Assembly: GCA_964016885.1 (NCBI GenBank)
Contig: OZ024742.1
Location: 187,488,001 to 187,552,000 of the forward strand
DNA length: 64,000 bases
Source: Eledone cirrhosa
Taxonomy: Eukaryota
Reading direction: 5' to 3'
Shown here: positions 29,332 through 43,145 of the stretch, piece by piece
Numbering within the stretch: the stretch's first letter is position 1
How the letters are laid out: the number at the start of each line of letters is the position of its first letter
Notes under the pieces: generated by a model
What the model was told of the DNA's origin: nothing
Databases searched by the model: none
Seen by the model: only the letters and a program-made list of their open reading frames with translations
Translations under genes and position numbers: made by a program

Positions 29332-31401
29332 GTATATATGTATATATATGCATATTTTTACATTCTTCTTTCCTTTTGTTTTATGAATCGGCGTTTCAAT
29401 CAATATTCATTTAATTTCCTTGCTGTCTTTGGTCTAAAATATTTTTACCTTTTTAACATCGGTTATCATCTTTATAGGAAATTTGAATTATCTTTACACA
29501 AAGACAGCATGGCGGTGATAAAGGAGTCTTGGCTGCTAGCCCTATGATAAAGTAAACATATATCACATTTGCTTTTAGTTGTAAAACCTTTAAATTGAAT
29601 TTAACATATACATAGTTGAATGTGCAAACAACTACTACTACACCTTAAATCGCATATTCATTTAATTTTTTTAAAATAAAATAGCATGAACAAAAGGAAA
29701 ATTTTAAAAGATGAGAGATTTTTTTAATATATAAAACTTATTACGCGGTGTACATTTATCGAAAAAATAAGTGGATGACAATGCTGTATTAATCAAGATG
29801 AGAGGCATTGAAATTTGCAAATATTGAGAATAGAAATATTGAAAACAATAAGCGATATAAGAAAGGAATTATCGCAGAAGATTATTATAATTCTATAATG
29901 AAGAACCAGACTCCACTTCAATCTCTAACTTTTATGAATGCTTGTAACCATACTTCCAGAACATACAAAACATGTTTGTGCTCGTGGTAATTCTCCGTCC
30001 GTTATAACGAGTAGTTCGGTAGTTTTATCAACTGAACAGCTTGCTCGTGAAATTAATGAGCTGATCATTCCCTGTACAAGTATACCCTTAACAGAGTTCT
30101 CAGGGAGATTCAGCTTGAGACAGTGTTTACAAAGTTGGCTCTGAATGCAGATACAATACATTTTGACAGTAGAGTGGACTGGAACCAGGTAAAATAAAGT
30201 GCCTTGCACAAGGGCACAACGCGCCACCGGCAACCAAAGTCTCGACGGAGGCTCAGTCATGCCCTAAGCTTACAATTTGTGATGAAGGGTTCTGATCAGC
30301 TTAAATTTGTGCCAAATTCAATGATGTAAATCAAATTTAACGGAGTACGAAAGTGTTAAAATGATGATGGCTAGCCTAAAAGGATTGAACCGGAGAAGGC
30401 TGTACATACTGCTGTAATAAAAAAAATAATTTCTTTGCAATAAATTTCAATTTTGGAAGAAAATGGTGATAAAAAAATTTAAATATGATTGAGAATTCAT
30501 GCTATGCTCTCAAATAGAAACTAAAATGGCGTCCATGATTCAAGATAGCTAATTTAAAATGTTATCAATCAATGGATTTATCACTCCATTTATCACTATC
30601 GATTTTTCCCATCTAAAATGCCATTGCTAAACTTATTGTTATTCAGGTCTTAATCAAGATATTTAATTTAATTATCTTCATTATATTTCTCTTTTATTTT
30701 TTACTTCTCTTCTTTCATTTCTCAGTTTTCATCTCCCAATAATGTATTTCTTTCTATATTTCTCTCTCTCTTCCCATAGTTCTCATTCTTTTTCCTCTAC
30801 ATATTTCCCCAAATCACTCACTCTGTGCCTCTCTCTCATCCACTATTTATTTGTCTATTTTCCTTCTTCTTCAATGTTCACTTACCTTTTTCTACCTTTA
30901 TATCTCAGCATCCTCCCTCACTGTGATTCCTTCAACCCATTATTCGTTATATATTTATCGTGATTTTGTTATATCCAAAAAACTATTGAACTAAATTGGA
31001 AGAAGACTGAAATATTGTACAATGAAAATGGAATCAATGAGAAAATTATTGAATTCAATAAATCTATGAAAATGTCTTTATGTTTTTTAGTTGATGTTCG
31101 TTAGTTGTCTAATACAGAAGTCTTTAATCCACTTCAATTAAGGAAACGAGTCCGTATCCTAATATTCGCAAGTTGGTTTTGTAAATATATAATCTTTTAT
31201 TAGAAGATGGACACCATTGATTAGATAGTCCGCGGTTATTTGATCATTTTAGAAAGATAAAAATGAAAGTGGAAACCAAAATGGCTTTATCTTAACACTT
31301 TCCGTACCATATTTCTAATCAAAACATTATAAAATATTTTTGAAACGTATTTGAAGGGAGTTATTAATATAACTAATCTTTTCATTATTAAGCCGGTAAT
31401 G

Positions 31402-31627
31402 AGGGCGGTGGATTGGCAGTATCGGTAGGGCAGACATCATGCTTTGTAGCATAGAGTTATGGACGTATACGTTCTGAGTTCAAATCCCACCGAGGTTAGA
31501 TTTGCCTTTCCTCCTTACGGGGTCGGTAAAATAAATAAAGTGCCAGTAACGGTTTGGGGTCGATTTAGTCGACGTTCCCCTCTCACCAAATTGCTGTCCT
31601 TGTTCCTATAGTAGAAATCCTTATTAA
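31402..31627 (+). mobile_element. SINE family 1, long variant
   Basis: gggcggtggattggcagtatcgg...gttctgagttcaaatcccaccgagg...; retains the ggggtcgatttagtcgac...ccaaattgctg segment. Confidence 0.85.
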
Positions 31628-31934
31628 GCTAGTGATTGAAATACAACTTAAATGTTCATGCATAAATTTATGATAGGTTATCACATTTTAGATTATCACA
31701 ATTGTTTAAGAATGAGTAGCATTGTGTCATTGAGCAATATGCAGTTAATTGTTTGATATCGAAAGGTTTACAATGAAGAATAAAGCATGTAATCCAGAGC
31801 TCTACTATATATTCTCACTCCACAGCCGTCCTACCTTTTTGGGTTTGAATGAATCAATTATATTTGCAAGTTGCCGTGGTCGGTCTTGTAACATCGTTGA
31901 ATAAACGGAGTTAATATTACTCTTGAATAATTAC

Positions 31935-32210
31935 AATTTAATGTGAGGAGCATTAATGGGGCAAATAAATAAGAGGAGTGGTTTGGGTGTGCCTGAGTGG
32001 GCGTGGAGGTGGGTAGCAGAGATGGAGGCAAAATATGAGAGGAGTGATTCGGGTGTGCCTGTGTGGACGTGAATGTGGGGAGCAGAGATGGAGGCAACAA
32101 ATGAGAGGAGTCGTTCGGGTGTGCCTTAGTGGACGTGAAGGTAGGGAGAAGAATTGGAGGCAAAAAAGATGAGAGGAATGATTTGGATGTGATTGAGTGG
32201 ACGTGGCGTA
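31935..32210. repeat. Minisatellite, ~66-bp unit, ~4 copies
   Basis: agagga(g/a)t recurs at ~31971, 32038, 32104 and 32172 with unit gaggagtg.ttcgggtgtgcctgagtggacgtg.aggtggg.agcagagatggaggcaa. Confidence 0.85.
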
Positions 32211-32789
32211 AGGCCAGAGACTCGATTTAACACGTAAAGGCCTAGGATCCATTTCAGTATTAAATAACTCATTTGAAAGCTTGGAACATATATGCCAGAC
32301 TATATTTGTTTAGATTCAGGCTGAGTTTTAATAAGTTGTACCTAATCCTGTTAAAGACTGTTTATGATACTTTACAACATATGGTTGGCAGGAGATAAAA
32401 CATATTCAAGAAATTGATTTCACAATTTAATACTATATGTGTATATTAACAAATTGAGATAGTATCAAATAGCTCCGTTTGATTTGATGAGAGTTTGGCA
32501 ACAATATGTACTGTATTGAAAGAATTTAATTTCATGCCTCAGTGGATTCTAGGAAGAGGAACAAGTTTTTTCTGAAATCACACACGGCTCGTGTGTTACA
32601 ATAATTGAGTAAACATGAAACAACTTGTACAACGGCTGCCGCAGTAACCTAGAGCTGGAGATCGTTGCAATAGTTCTTACTCATTTCAAATGGCGCAATG
32701 AGGAACACAATAAAATACACAGATGCCACGTTATTTCAGATGTATTTAACTACATAGCATATATAAATATACATACATACATACATACA

Positions 32790-33263
<474 letters not shown>

Positions 33264-34796
33264 ATATATATACGGATATTATATATATATATATATCATA
33301 TTATCTATTTATGCTTATATACGGCAGACAAGAGCTACCCAAAGTTTCAAGGCCCAATTTAATATTTTAATATTAAGCACTGTTTTCCTTTTCCTTTGTC
33401 GCACCTACGGATATTTCTACATGTACATACATACACACACATACACAGACATATATGTATGCATATGTATATGTATATGTATTTGTATATATTCAGGATT
33501 ATCAAGGTTGATCATGCTTAAAAAAAAAATGTTCAAATTATGTAACAATGAATGATTTTGAGATTACCAAAATATTCAAAATCATTCAAGATTAATAAAA
33601 CCGTTCATGTTTAAAAAATATTAAACTTAAACCAGCAATTTCTAAACTTCAGAATCTAGTTTCGCAGAGTCATGTTTGCATTAAGTTCATTATTTCTATC
33701 TAAACTACATCCACTATTATTGAAAGACATTGCTATGAGTTTGTAGACAAACCATGTTATGTGCATGGATAACGGACGCAATACAATGAAATATTATGTA
33801 ACATATTGTTACAAGACAGGAATGTTAATAATTCATTAACTACCCTAATTAGTAAGGTACTTTCGGTACTTATTCATCCCTTTTATATAATATAGTTTAA
33901 GCTCGAATGATATTGCAGCGATCAATGACTCATCCTGTTATCTGTTCATCCATTTATTATTGTGTATTGAGCTGTATAATGGATTTACTGATTAAGGTGG
34001 AGCCCTGTTTGCTGCTAATTAATGATGCTGTTTACCGAAGGAAGACAGATAAAAGGTGGGAAAAGATAGAGAGGAAGAGGGAGGGAGAAATATGGTTATG
34101 TTTAGAAATATGGAATGAAAGAGAGATAAAAGGGAGGAGAAAGAGATATAAGTGTGGGAAATAGGAATTCTAGATTGTGAGTTCAAAGTAAAGTTAGATA
34201 GAGGGAGTATTATAGAGAAGGAAAGCAGAGTGGAGGAACGATATATTGTGAGATACAGACAATTAGTAACAATAACAGGCATTGAAATAAACATATATAT
34301 TGTACACATGTTATGTGCATATTACGATTATTTCCTTATCGATAAGCTTAGGGTTGAATGAAAATGACAAGGCCCGACTCTTTTTCGACATCTGGTCAGA
34401 TATGCGAGTTGATATGTGCAAAGACACAAGCCGAAGCCGCTTATTTATATACATATCACTATCCCCATGCATTGAGTACTTCCCTGATTAATGATCTCCA
34501 CGGTATCACCAACGCTGACTCTCTCAATCTCTCTCTGCCCCTTCTCTCTCCCTCTATCTCTCCCTCTCTCTGTATATATGTATGTATTTATATAGTATTA
34601 ATATATATTTATTAATACATATTTATTGCATTTATAATAAATATGTATATGACGCAACACTGATTCTTCGTTCCTATATATTAATACCAGTGATACTCTG
34701 ATGACACGAGCATCGAGTGCTCATCTGGCATACAGCTTACGGACGCAATTAACTTGCACCTTAACACACACATATATATATATATATATATACATG

Positions 34797-35025
<229 letters not shown>

Positions 35026-35026
35026 G

Positions 35027-35109
<83 letters not shown>

Positions 35110-35110
<1 letters not shown>

Positions 35111-35289
35111 ACGAAGGAAATGTGGTAAGGAACCAGGTGGACCATAACGCACCAAAGTACTCAATGCTTAGGGTAGTAGAGTGGGTAATAGGAACGAGTA
35201 GGACCCCGACGGCTGAGCTCAAGCCGTTTTTAGTCCAGAATTAGCCGTCGAAATGGCTTGAGCTCAGCTGCCGGGGTCCTACTCGTTCC

Positions 35290-35292
<3 letters not shown>
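35110..35292 (-). mobile_element. PLE-derived foldback (arms 35188-35229 / 35251-35292) plus tail; same family as 63555-63745
   Basis: Reverse-complement homology to 63555-63745. It carries a hammerhead 3' half (stem III ACGGCT/AGCCGT, palindromic tgagctca loop, GUC) and TA flanks. Confidence 0.85.
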
Positions 35293-35321
<29 letters not shown>

Positions 35322-35633
35322 GAGAGAAAGGGGAGAGAGAGAGAGAGAGGGGGATACACCACTATTGATACTCTCTCTCTCTTTCTCTCTCTTTCCCTCT
35401 CTATATACATACTGCTTGTATGTATATGTATGTGTGTGCTAATGCATATAACTAGAATGACATGGGATAAGATGAAGCTGGAGCGTGGATCCAATGCTAA
35501 AACGAACGTGAAAGTAAGTTAAACAGTTGCTATAATGACAGATACTTGTAATGGTAAAATGGAGTATTTGCTCTGTTCTATATTTGCCTTATGTATACTA
35601 TAGAATATTGATTTCAGCATATTTGTTTGTATG

Positions 35634-35667
<34 letters not shown>

Positions 35668-35979
35668 TGTATGTATGTATGTATGTATGTATGTATATAT
35701 ATTGATATATAAATGTATGTTTATATATATATTTAAATATATATATATATATAGATATATATATATATATATATATGTATATTTACATATATGTATATGT
35801 ATAAGTATAATATATATATAGTGAGAGAGGGGGGAGAGAGCGAGAGAGAGCGATAGACATGCATATATACATACATATACATACATATACATACATATTC
35901 ATACATATATGTATGTTTATATACATGTATATATATATAAGTATATACTTACATACATACATACATTTATACACACACA

Positions 35980-36070
<91 letters not shown>

Positions 36071-36748
36071 CCTGTTTAGTGATTCGGCCATGTTGAACGT
36101 ACAGTTTATGTCAGGAGAAAACTAAATCAATACCCGGACTTATCTCATTGTAAACAAACTTGTATTTGACTTTTCATTTGGGCTTTTATTATTTTATTAT
36201 TTATCTAAATGTTTGTTACTGTCGATGATGATCCACGATGTTTGAAACATTGAGGAGGATGTGATCCGTATGTTTAGATGGCTTTACTGAATAAATAGAT
36301 GGAATATATGTGTGTTTGAGGTTACCTGCTTAAGTAGAAAAGGATGTAGAACACTACGGACTCTGCCAGCCCTAGCAACACTGATATTATTGACATCTGA
36401 TGTTTATTAAGGTGAATGTCCTCCATCATTATTCAATCAATCTTCCGGCAACTTATGTTGACGACGTGCTTACGGTGTGAGAGTGTTAACCTTTTCTTGT
36501 CCTAGGAATTCTAAGCTATCAGTACTTTCGGAATATATACATATGTGGTAGGCGTGCGCTTGTATATGCGTATATATGTATATATATATATGTATATATA
36601 TACACACATACGTTTATATATGTATTCATCTTATTAAAGCTGAATAATGTGTCTTGCTACTCTGGAGTTTCACCTGTTTATCACTCACACACAGACATAC
36701 AAGCACACACCCATCCAACACACACACACATGTATATATACGTATATA

Positions 36749-36824
<76 letters not shown>

Positions 36825-37230
36825 TATGCATATGGATATATTATTTTATCTGTTTTCTCGTCTCCGGACTATGTGGTTAACTTTTATTACATTTTAGTTT
36901 GCAGTTTCGATTAATTCATTTTAACCATTCAAGAGACTCATAAATTATATTCACTTTATATATTTCTCGGTGTCAACACGTTCGTCGTACTGCCCGTGAC
37001 CTGGTCATTAACATAATTCAACGGTAATTTTCTTTGGTGTCTAGAAATAAAGGTTATACTAAAAATGTTTATAAGGGATTTGCTGGCGGTCTGGACGATT
37101 ACCTAAGATTAAAAATAATTGCTTTAATTAAAAAATTAAAGAGTCGAAGCCAGAATCGGTTGCAAGAGATATAACTGCGACTAAAATGACACTTCCACGA
37201 TGTAGTTGCTTTCTTTTCAAAACAGAGTCT

Positions 37231-37301
37231 CAGATTAAGTCATTTGCTAGACAAGTACAACTGTGCAGATTAAGTCATTTGCTAGACAAGTACAACTGTG
37301 C
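37231..37301. repeat. 35-bp tandem duplication inside a longer direct repeat (37179/37387)
   Basis: cagattaagtcatttgctagacaagtacaactgtg occurs twice; gactaaaatgacacttc.acgatgta also occurs twice. Confidence 0.85.
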
Positions 37302-37652
37302 AACTAAATTGACACCTGCACGTGTAATCACTTCTGTTTTATCTTACGATTTGAGACAAAGGCATTTGCTTGTCAAGACCAACACAGACTAAAATGACAC
37401 TTCGACGATGTAATTTCTTCAGTTGCAGCACAGGGTCTAAGATCATGTCATGAACAAGTGAGTTCAAACGCTGAAATAGATCCATACCTATCATTCATAG
37501 ACATCTGATGTATGTCTCATCGGCAAAACCATCAACGTTAGCTATAACATATATTTACGGAGCATGAACATCTGACTACTTCTTACATCCCTTGTACGGC
37601 TACTGGCAAAAGTATACCTGCAATAAACAGGCGAAACTTCAGAGTAACAAGA

Positions 37653-37714
<62 letters not shown>

Positions 37715-37717
<3 letters not shown>

Positions 37718-38294
37718 CAAGGTTTAGAAAATAAGAAAATGTTACAAAAATAAATTTCAAAATATTCACTGTACTTACTATGGTTACCTTTACCGAAACG
37801 GTTTCGAGTCTCAAAAATAAAAGGATAGTCTTTGCGGGCCTCCATTGAAAAGATAAACTCTCGTCAGAAGGTTCTTTTCACTCGGAGAATATAAAATTCC
37901 CGAGTTCGAATTACGACCTGGCGCTATTCAAAATTGTTTCCGAGATGAGAATGAATGATGTGATGTGGTAGCAATTCTGTCCATTGCCGTGTGCAAAGAG
38001 AGAAGGCAGAGGCAGCGAGGTCAATCTACTACCACTATAAATAGCAGTAGTCAAAACGACCAAGTTTTATCTCGACCAGGGGGAGATAAATAATAATAAA
38101 GTATATATCCCTACACGCAAAAAACGTACAGGGACACATGTATTATCCAACCATATGCCAATGTGGTTCAATGGCTGGTTAATAAATTAACGAGCTAGAA
38201 CATATATAATCAAGATTTAGCAAATAAGAAAAAGTTTCAAAATAAATTTTAAAATATTCACTGTACTTACTATGGTTGCGTGTAGGGATATATA
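37715..38294 (-). mobile_element. Non-coding hammerhead element in partial tandem (~492-bp period) with a short terminal inversion
   Basis: 37715-37785 is repeated at 38208-38277, and 38102-38120 is inverted at 38276-38294. TA flanks. Confidence 0.75.
37786..37872 (-). ncRNA. Type-I hammerhead ribozyme, fully canonical core
   Basis: Minus strand: acctt-CTGACGA-gagttt...agactc-GAAAccg-ttt-cgGTA-aaggt. Stems I, II and III all pair, with G10.1-C11.1 present. Confidence 0.85.
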
Positions 38295-38306
38295 TATATA
38301 TATATA

Positions 38307-38512
38307 TGACAATAACACCAACTACAATATCCTGGTCGAAGTTGTCGGCCGCTAGGGCTTCGAGTACCGGTATGTCCCACTGTAGGCTCTGTGATCTTGA
38401 ATTACTATATATCCTTAGGAATATAAAAAGGCTACTCAACAACAAGTTAGAAAGATCAATCTTCTGCAGACATAGGATCGCCACTAAATTCACAAGATTT
38501 AAGCCTCCGTGA
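38307..38512 (+). pseudogene. PLE GIY-YIG endonuclease C-terminal fragment, followed by a long 3' UTR-like region to ~39430
   Basis: ISWSKLSAARASSTGMSHCRLCDLELLYIL...LLNNKLERSIFCRH aligns by eye with LHWEILARARSYNGNKRPCDLCAAEALEIL...ILNKKSEAISACKH of ORF 49821-51623. Confidence 0.8.
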
Positions 38513-38794
38513 ACCGAACCGACATAATTTAGCTTTCAACTTAGGATATCCAGAATACTGCACGGACCACCACAGAAATATAATCAAGTACATTCTAGCC
38601 TTCTTAATTCTATACCACAGTAATGCCTGTAAGTACCTTATTAACCCATAAATATATCCCTTCTCAGCTGCTGTCAGAACAACTTCCTCACCCTAGACTC
38701 TCAACAAATAAACCTAAATCCAAGAACATTTCAAAATACTACTACAGTAGAACATTACTATCCTCCTGTTATAATTGTAGCCAGCATGTTTTCT

Positions 38795-38846
<52 letters not shown>

Positions 38847-39527
38847 CCTCCTTAACCTATGTATTAACTTGCCTATTATATTGGTACTCTGTCAATGTTA
38901 TCTTATACATGTATATTATTGATGATGTGAAAGCTTAACAACCCCATGATTAGAACTAACAGTCCCTTCATCTAATATAGACCACATGAATATTGAACCC
39001 ACCTCACACCACAAGTATTACTATCCTCACTACAGTGATAATTATTTCCTCTGTCAGATAATAAATAACTCTTACGGTCACCGGACCCACAGTAAAGGAA
39101 ATGGTTCAATGTTTAAAGCCACCGGCTCATCTCTACACTATATATAATACACCCTATGACATCTTTTACATGTCAATTTTATACATCTGCCTCATATCAG
39201 CTAGTTTTACCCGCTAAAGTAGATATACTATAGTTATTACCTAGATTGAAGTTGTGATGATTTCAAATAATTTATTGCTAGCATTGTTAGTATTGTTGTT
39301 ATTGTTCTGATTGAATGCCATTACTACTATATATAGTAGCCATGCCTGTATATTACTTTCATTCTCACAAGCTCCGATGAATTGACTGGTTATAACTTTG
39401 TATTGGTGATCGAATAATGTGAAAACAAGCGGGTAGCGATCTCTAGACCTACCAGTTCAGAGAACCAATTGTCAGCAATGAGAGTAAAAACCTTTTTTGT
39501 ATAGCAATCCGTGTCACTCTTCTTTCC

Positions 39528-39603
39528 TGGGTCGATAAAATAAAGTACCAGTAATACACTGGAATAATTGCTCGCCTTGTGCCAAAAGTAGAAACAATTA
39601 TTT
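39528..39603 (+). mobile_element. SINE family 1, 3' fragment
   Basis: gggtcgataaaataaagtaccagtaatacactgg...ccttgtgccaaaagtagaaacaattatt. Confidence 0.8.
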
Positions 39604-39619
39604 ATCATATATCCACGAC

Positions 39620-39755
39620 CTTAAATCGCGGATGTATAATCACACGTATTCCTTCAGGGACCGTAGCAAAAGGCATCAGACTGAAAGAAGACGCGGTCAA
39701 CCTGAAGTCTGAAATTATCATGACCTGCAGACACCAGAGAAGATGCACATTTTAA
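39620..39755 (+). pseudogene. Internally deleted PLE GIY-YIG fragment (not in the ORF track)
   Basis: KSRMYNHTYSFRDRSKRHQT ~ KQRLYMHTHSFRYPLRRNMT, joined to VNLKSEIIMTCRHQRRCTF* ~ LNKKSEAISACKHKLHKTF. Confidence 0.75.
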
Positions 39756-40703
39756 GCATGGAATCCTCCGGGTGGTACAGGCCAGGGACATGGGACCGGG
39801 TACGCACAGATCCGAGCGGCCCAACGGGATTAAGGGACCTGATACCATGCCCTTATGACATTGTGCGACCCGTGTGGCGAACATAAGTAAACCAGGGTGC
39901 ACACCTGACCGAGCACGAAATATTGGGCAGGTACATCGCCTATGCTGGGACCGACTAACACGGAGTCCACTGTCGTCCAGTCAAATACCCCAAACATATA
40001 GAACAGCACACACCAACCACGGTGGCATACCCCATGGTGACCGGGCCAAGCATCCCCTTGAATGTGTACCCCGTCAATCGTGAATATATACTCTCCACAT
40101 GTTCCATTTTGGAACAATTATTATTACTGTTATTATTGTTTTGTTATTGTTACTTTTTCCATATACGGACCTAAGTTTGCACCTCATACTACACGCAACT
40201 TCTCCTTTATCCCCACCCTTTTTTTATTTATCACTTTCTGAAGTTATATACAGATTTTAATGTATTTTTAACATTCTGTAAATTTATTTATTTTATTATA
40301 TTATCTTATTGTGTTTATATGTGTTTTTATGTGTAGACCTGTGCATATGTATATGTATGTGTGTCTGTATGTAGATATATATATATACGTGTGTGTTTAT
40401 GGGGGTGTGTATGTGTGCATGTGTACGTATATGCATGAGCTTATACGTGTGTGTGTGCATGCATGTACATGTATGTACATATGTGGCTGTATGCATATAT
40501 ATATGTATATATATATATATGTATAGCTGTGTGTGAGTAGGTGTGTGTATGTGGGTGCGTATGTATATATGGGTGTGTGCGTATGTATGTATATATGGGT
40601 CTCTATATGCATATGTATATATATATGTGTGTACATCTCACAGGAATATGTAAGGATGGATTATATATTCATTTTATTATGTATTATTTTATCATATATC
40701 CAT

Positions 40704-40737
<34 letters not shown>

Positions 40738-41039
40738 GAAAAATTGAACAGGGACAGAACAGAGAGGCAGTACGATAAATGTTTATTAAATTCACGCTAT
40801 ATATATATATATATATGTGTATGAATATATGAATATATATGTATGAATATGTATGCATGTGTATATATATAAATATATATGTATATTATATTGTATACTA
40901 TATTGTTATTTTATGTTATTTTATGTTATTGTTATTTTATCGTATATTGCATTTTTTATTATATATTGTATATTTAGAAAAGAATTCAGAAACGAAATAT
41001 TGTATATTTATTTTACGGTTTTCTTTATATATGTATATG

Positions 41040-41265
41040 TGAAAGCATGTGTGTGTAAGTAAATATACATACGAGTATGTGCATGTGTGTGAATGTGGCC
41101 GTCCGTGTGCGTATGTATATGTACTTGCATGTATATATGTTTCATGTATATATGTATGTATATATGTGGGTGTGCGTATGCATGTAGATTTTTTTTTATA
41201 TATATGTGTGTGTATGTAGGTGTGTATGTAGTTAGTTGTACGTATGTGCATTTTGTATGTATGTG

Positions 41266-41316
<51 letters not shown>

Positions 41317-42531
41317 TTATAAGATTATGGGTAGGCATATGTAAGCGCGTATCTGTGTGTATATCTGTATGTTTGCGTGTGTGTGTGTGTACACATATAG
41401 ACAAATGTGCGTATAAGTATGTATGTGTATGTGCGTGTATACATGTGTTTATGTATGTATGCGTATACGTGTATGTCTGCATGCGTGCGTATATGTGTGT
41501 GTGTATATGTATACACACATATATAAATATATGTATATATGGTACGTGTATCTGTCCGTGGGGGGGGGGGGGGCTCGTACGTACACCCACATATGACAGG
41601 GTTTGCCTATCTGTTTATATGCGGGTACATGTACTTGTGTGTAGATATATGTACAGGTGTGTGTATGCGTGTGTATGTGTTCTTATGTCTTTGGAAGTGT
41701 GTCTGTCTTTGATGCCCATCCATAAGGATATGCGTGTATGTGCGTGTATATCCATGTATGTGTCTGAGAGTGTTTGTGTATATATGTGCTGATGTGCCCA
41801 TCGCCGATATGTGTCTGTGTATGCATAGACGTGTTTGTCTGCGCGTGTGTGCGCGTATGCGCGTGTGTGCGTATGCGTGCGTGTGAGACCGGAGGTATCA
41901 CGCTGTTTACACAGGCGCCAATAGGTATGTGGCGGTCGGTATGTGGATGCGTGGGTTTGTGGAAGAGAGGGAGAATGTGTGCGTGTATATATGGTCATGG
42001 GGGTATGTGTGTCTACACATGTATGCGTACATATGTGTATGCATACATGTGTGTGTGCCTGCGCGTGTGTGTATATGTGTGTGTGTATGTGTGGGCACAT
42101 ATTCAGGAGTGTGAACAGACGTCTGAGATACCAAACCCAGCATGGCTCCATTGAAGCGTGTCGGATGGAAAGTGGCTGATGGCCCGTGTAGCAGTAAATA
42201 GTGACCAGAACTTAAGATGACGTTGAATAACAACAGTTAATGGCATGACGAGAGTGGGATTGTTTTTTTAAGGTATTTTTTTACGATAACACCCCAGTGA
42301 GAAAATTTGCTCCGAACGAATTGCCTGTGTCCGAAGGAACCTGTAGCCCTAGAATAAGCATATCCATACAGTGAACATGTCTCGAGCTACCTACCGGTGA
42401 AACAGTGTAACACCCAATAAAGTGATTCCAGATGCATCACCGATTTTTCGTTTTTTTTTTAATACTATCTACACTCTGCTCTGTATGAATAGTGAGTGCT
42501 AATTTTCATACAGAGCAGAGTGTAGATCGTA
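41040..42531 (+). mobile_element. Putative PLE 3' region (GT-rich body, decayed hammerhead 42327-42413, tail hairpin, short terminal foldback 42463-42531)
   Basis: gtgt-ccgaagg-aacc...ggt-GAAACagtGTA-acac; CACTC...GTGAGTGC at 42472-42499. The 5' boundary is uncertain. Confidence 0.55.
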
Positions 42532-42552
42532 TAAATATATATATATATATAT

Positions 42553-42892
<340 letters not shown>

Positions 42893-43098
42893 TTAAGGGT
42901 ACTATTTATGGTTATGTATGCAATAAAACCTTTGATGGTAATATATTATATATCCACAAACCCTAAATAGTGAGAGATAGTCTTTAATTACTATCCTATT
43001 ACCAGTAAGATAAATAGCTCAATGTAATAACATCAGTTGTTATACAGAGCAGTTATATAGAGATTACAGTAATCAAAGTTCAGTTTAAATCATTTATT

Positions 43099-43145
43099 TG
43101 CTTACAATTGTTTCCTCCAAACCGAGGTTTGGATTCTTCGGAGCA
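43099..43145 (-). ncRNA. Minimal type-I hammerhead in the PLE 3' UTR (core CCGAAGA, one substitution)
   Basis: Minus strand: tgct-CCGAAGA-a-tccaaacc-tc-ggtttgga-g-GAAAC-aatt-GTA-agca, with a palindromic stem III. Confidence 0.75.

Noticed and set aside
31935-32210. Regularly spaced repeats as a CRISPR array or repeat protein
   Set aside because: Whole units repeat without unique spacers, the context is eukaryotic, and there are no cas genes; it is a minisatellite.
34693-34735. CTGATGA followed by a gagcat/gtgctc stem
   Set aside because: No GAAA half or stem I, so it cannot be called a hammerhead. Similarly decayed candidates at ~25170-25230, 34360-34445, 39370-39425 and 53990-54025 were not called.
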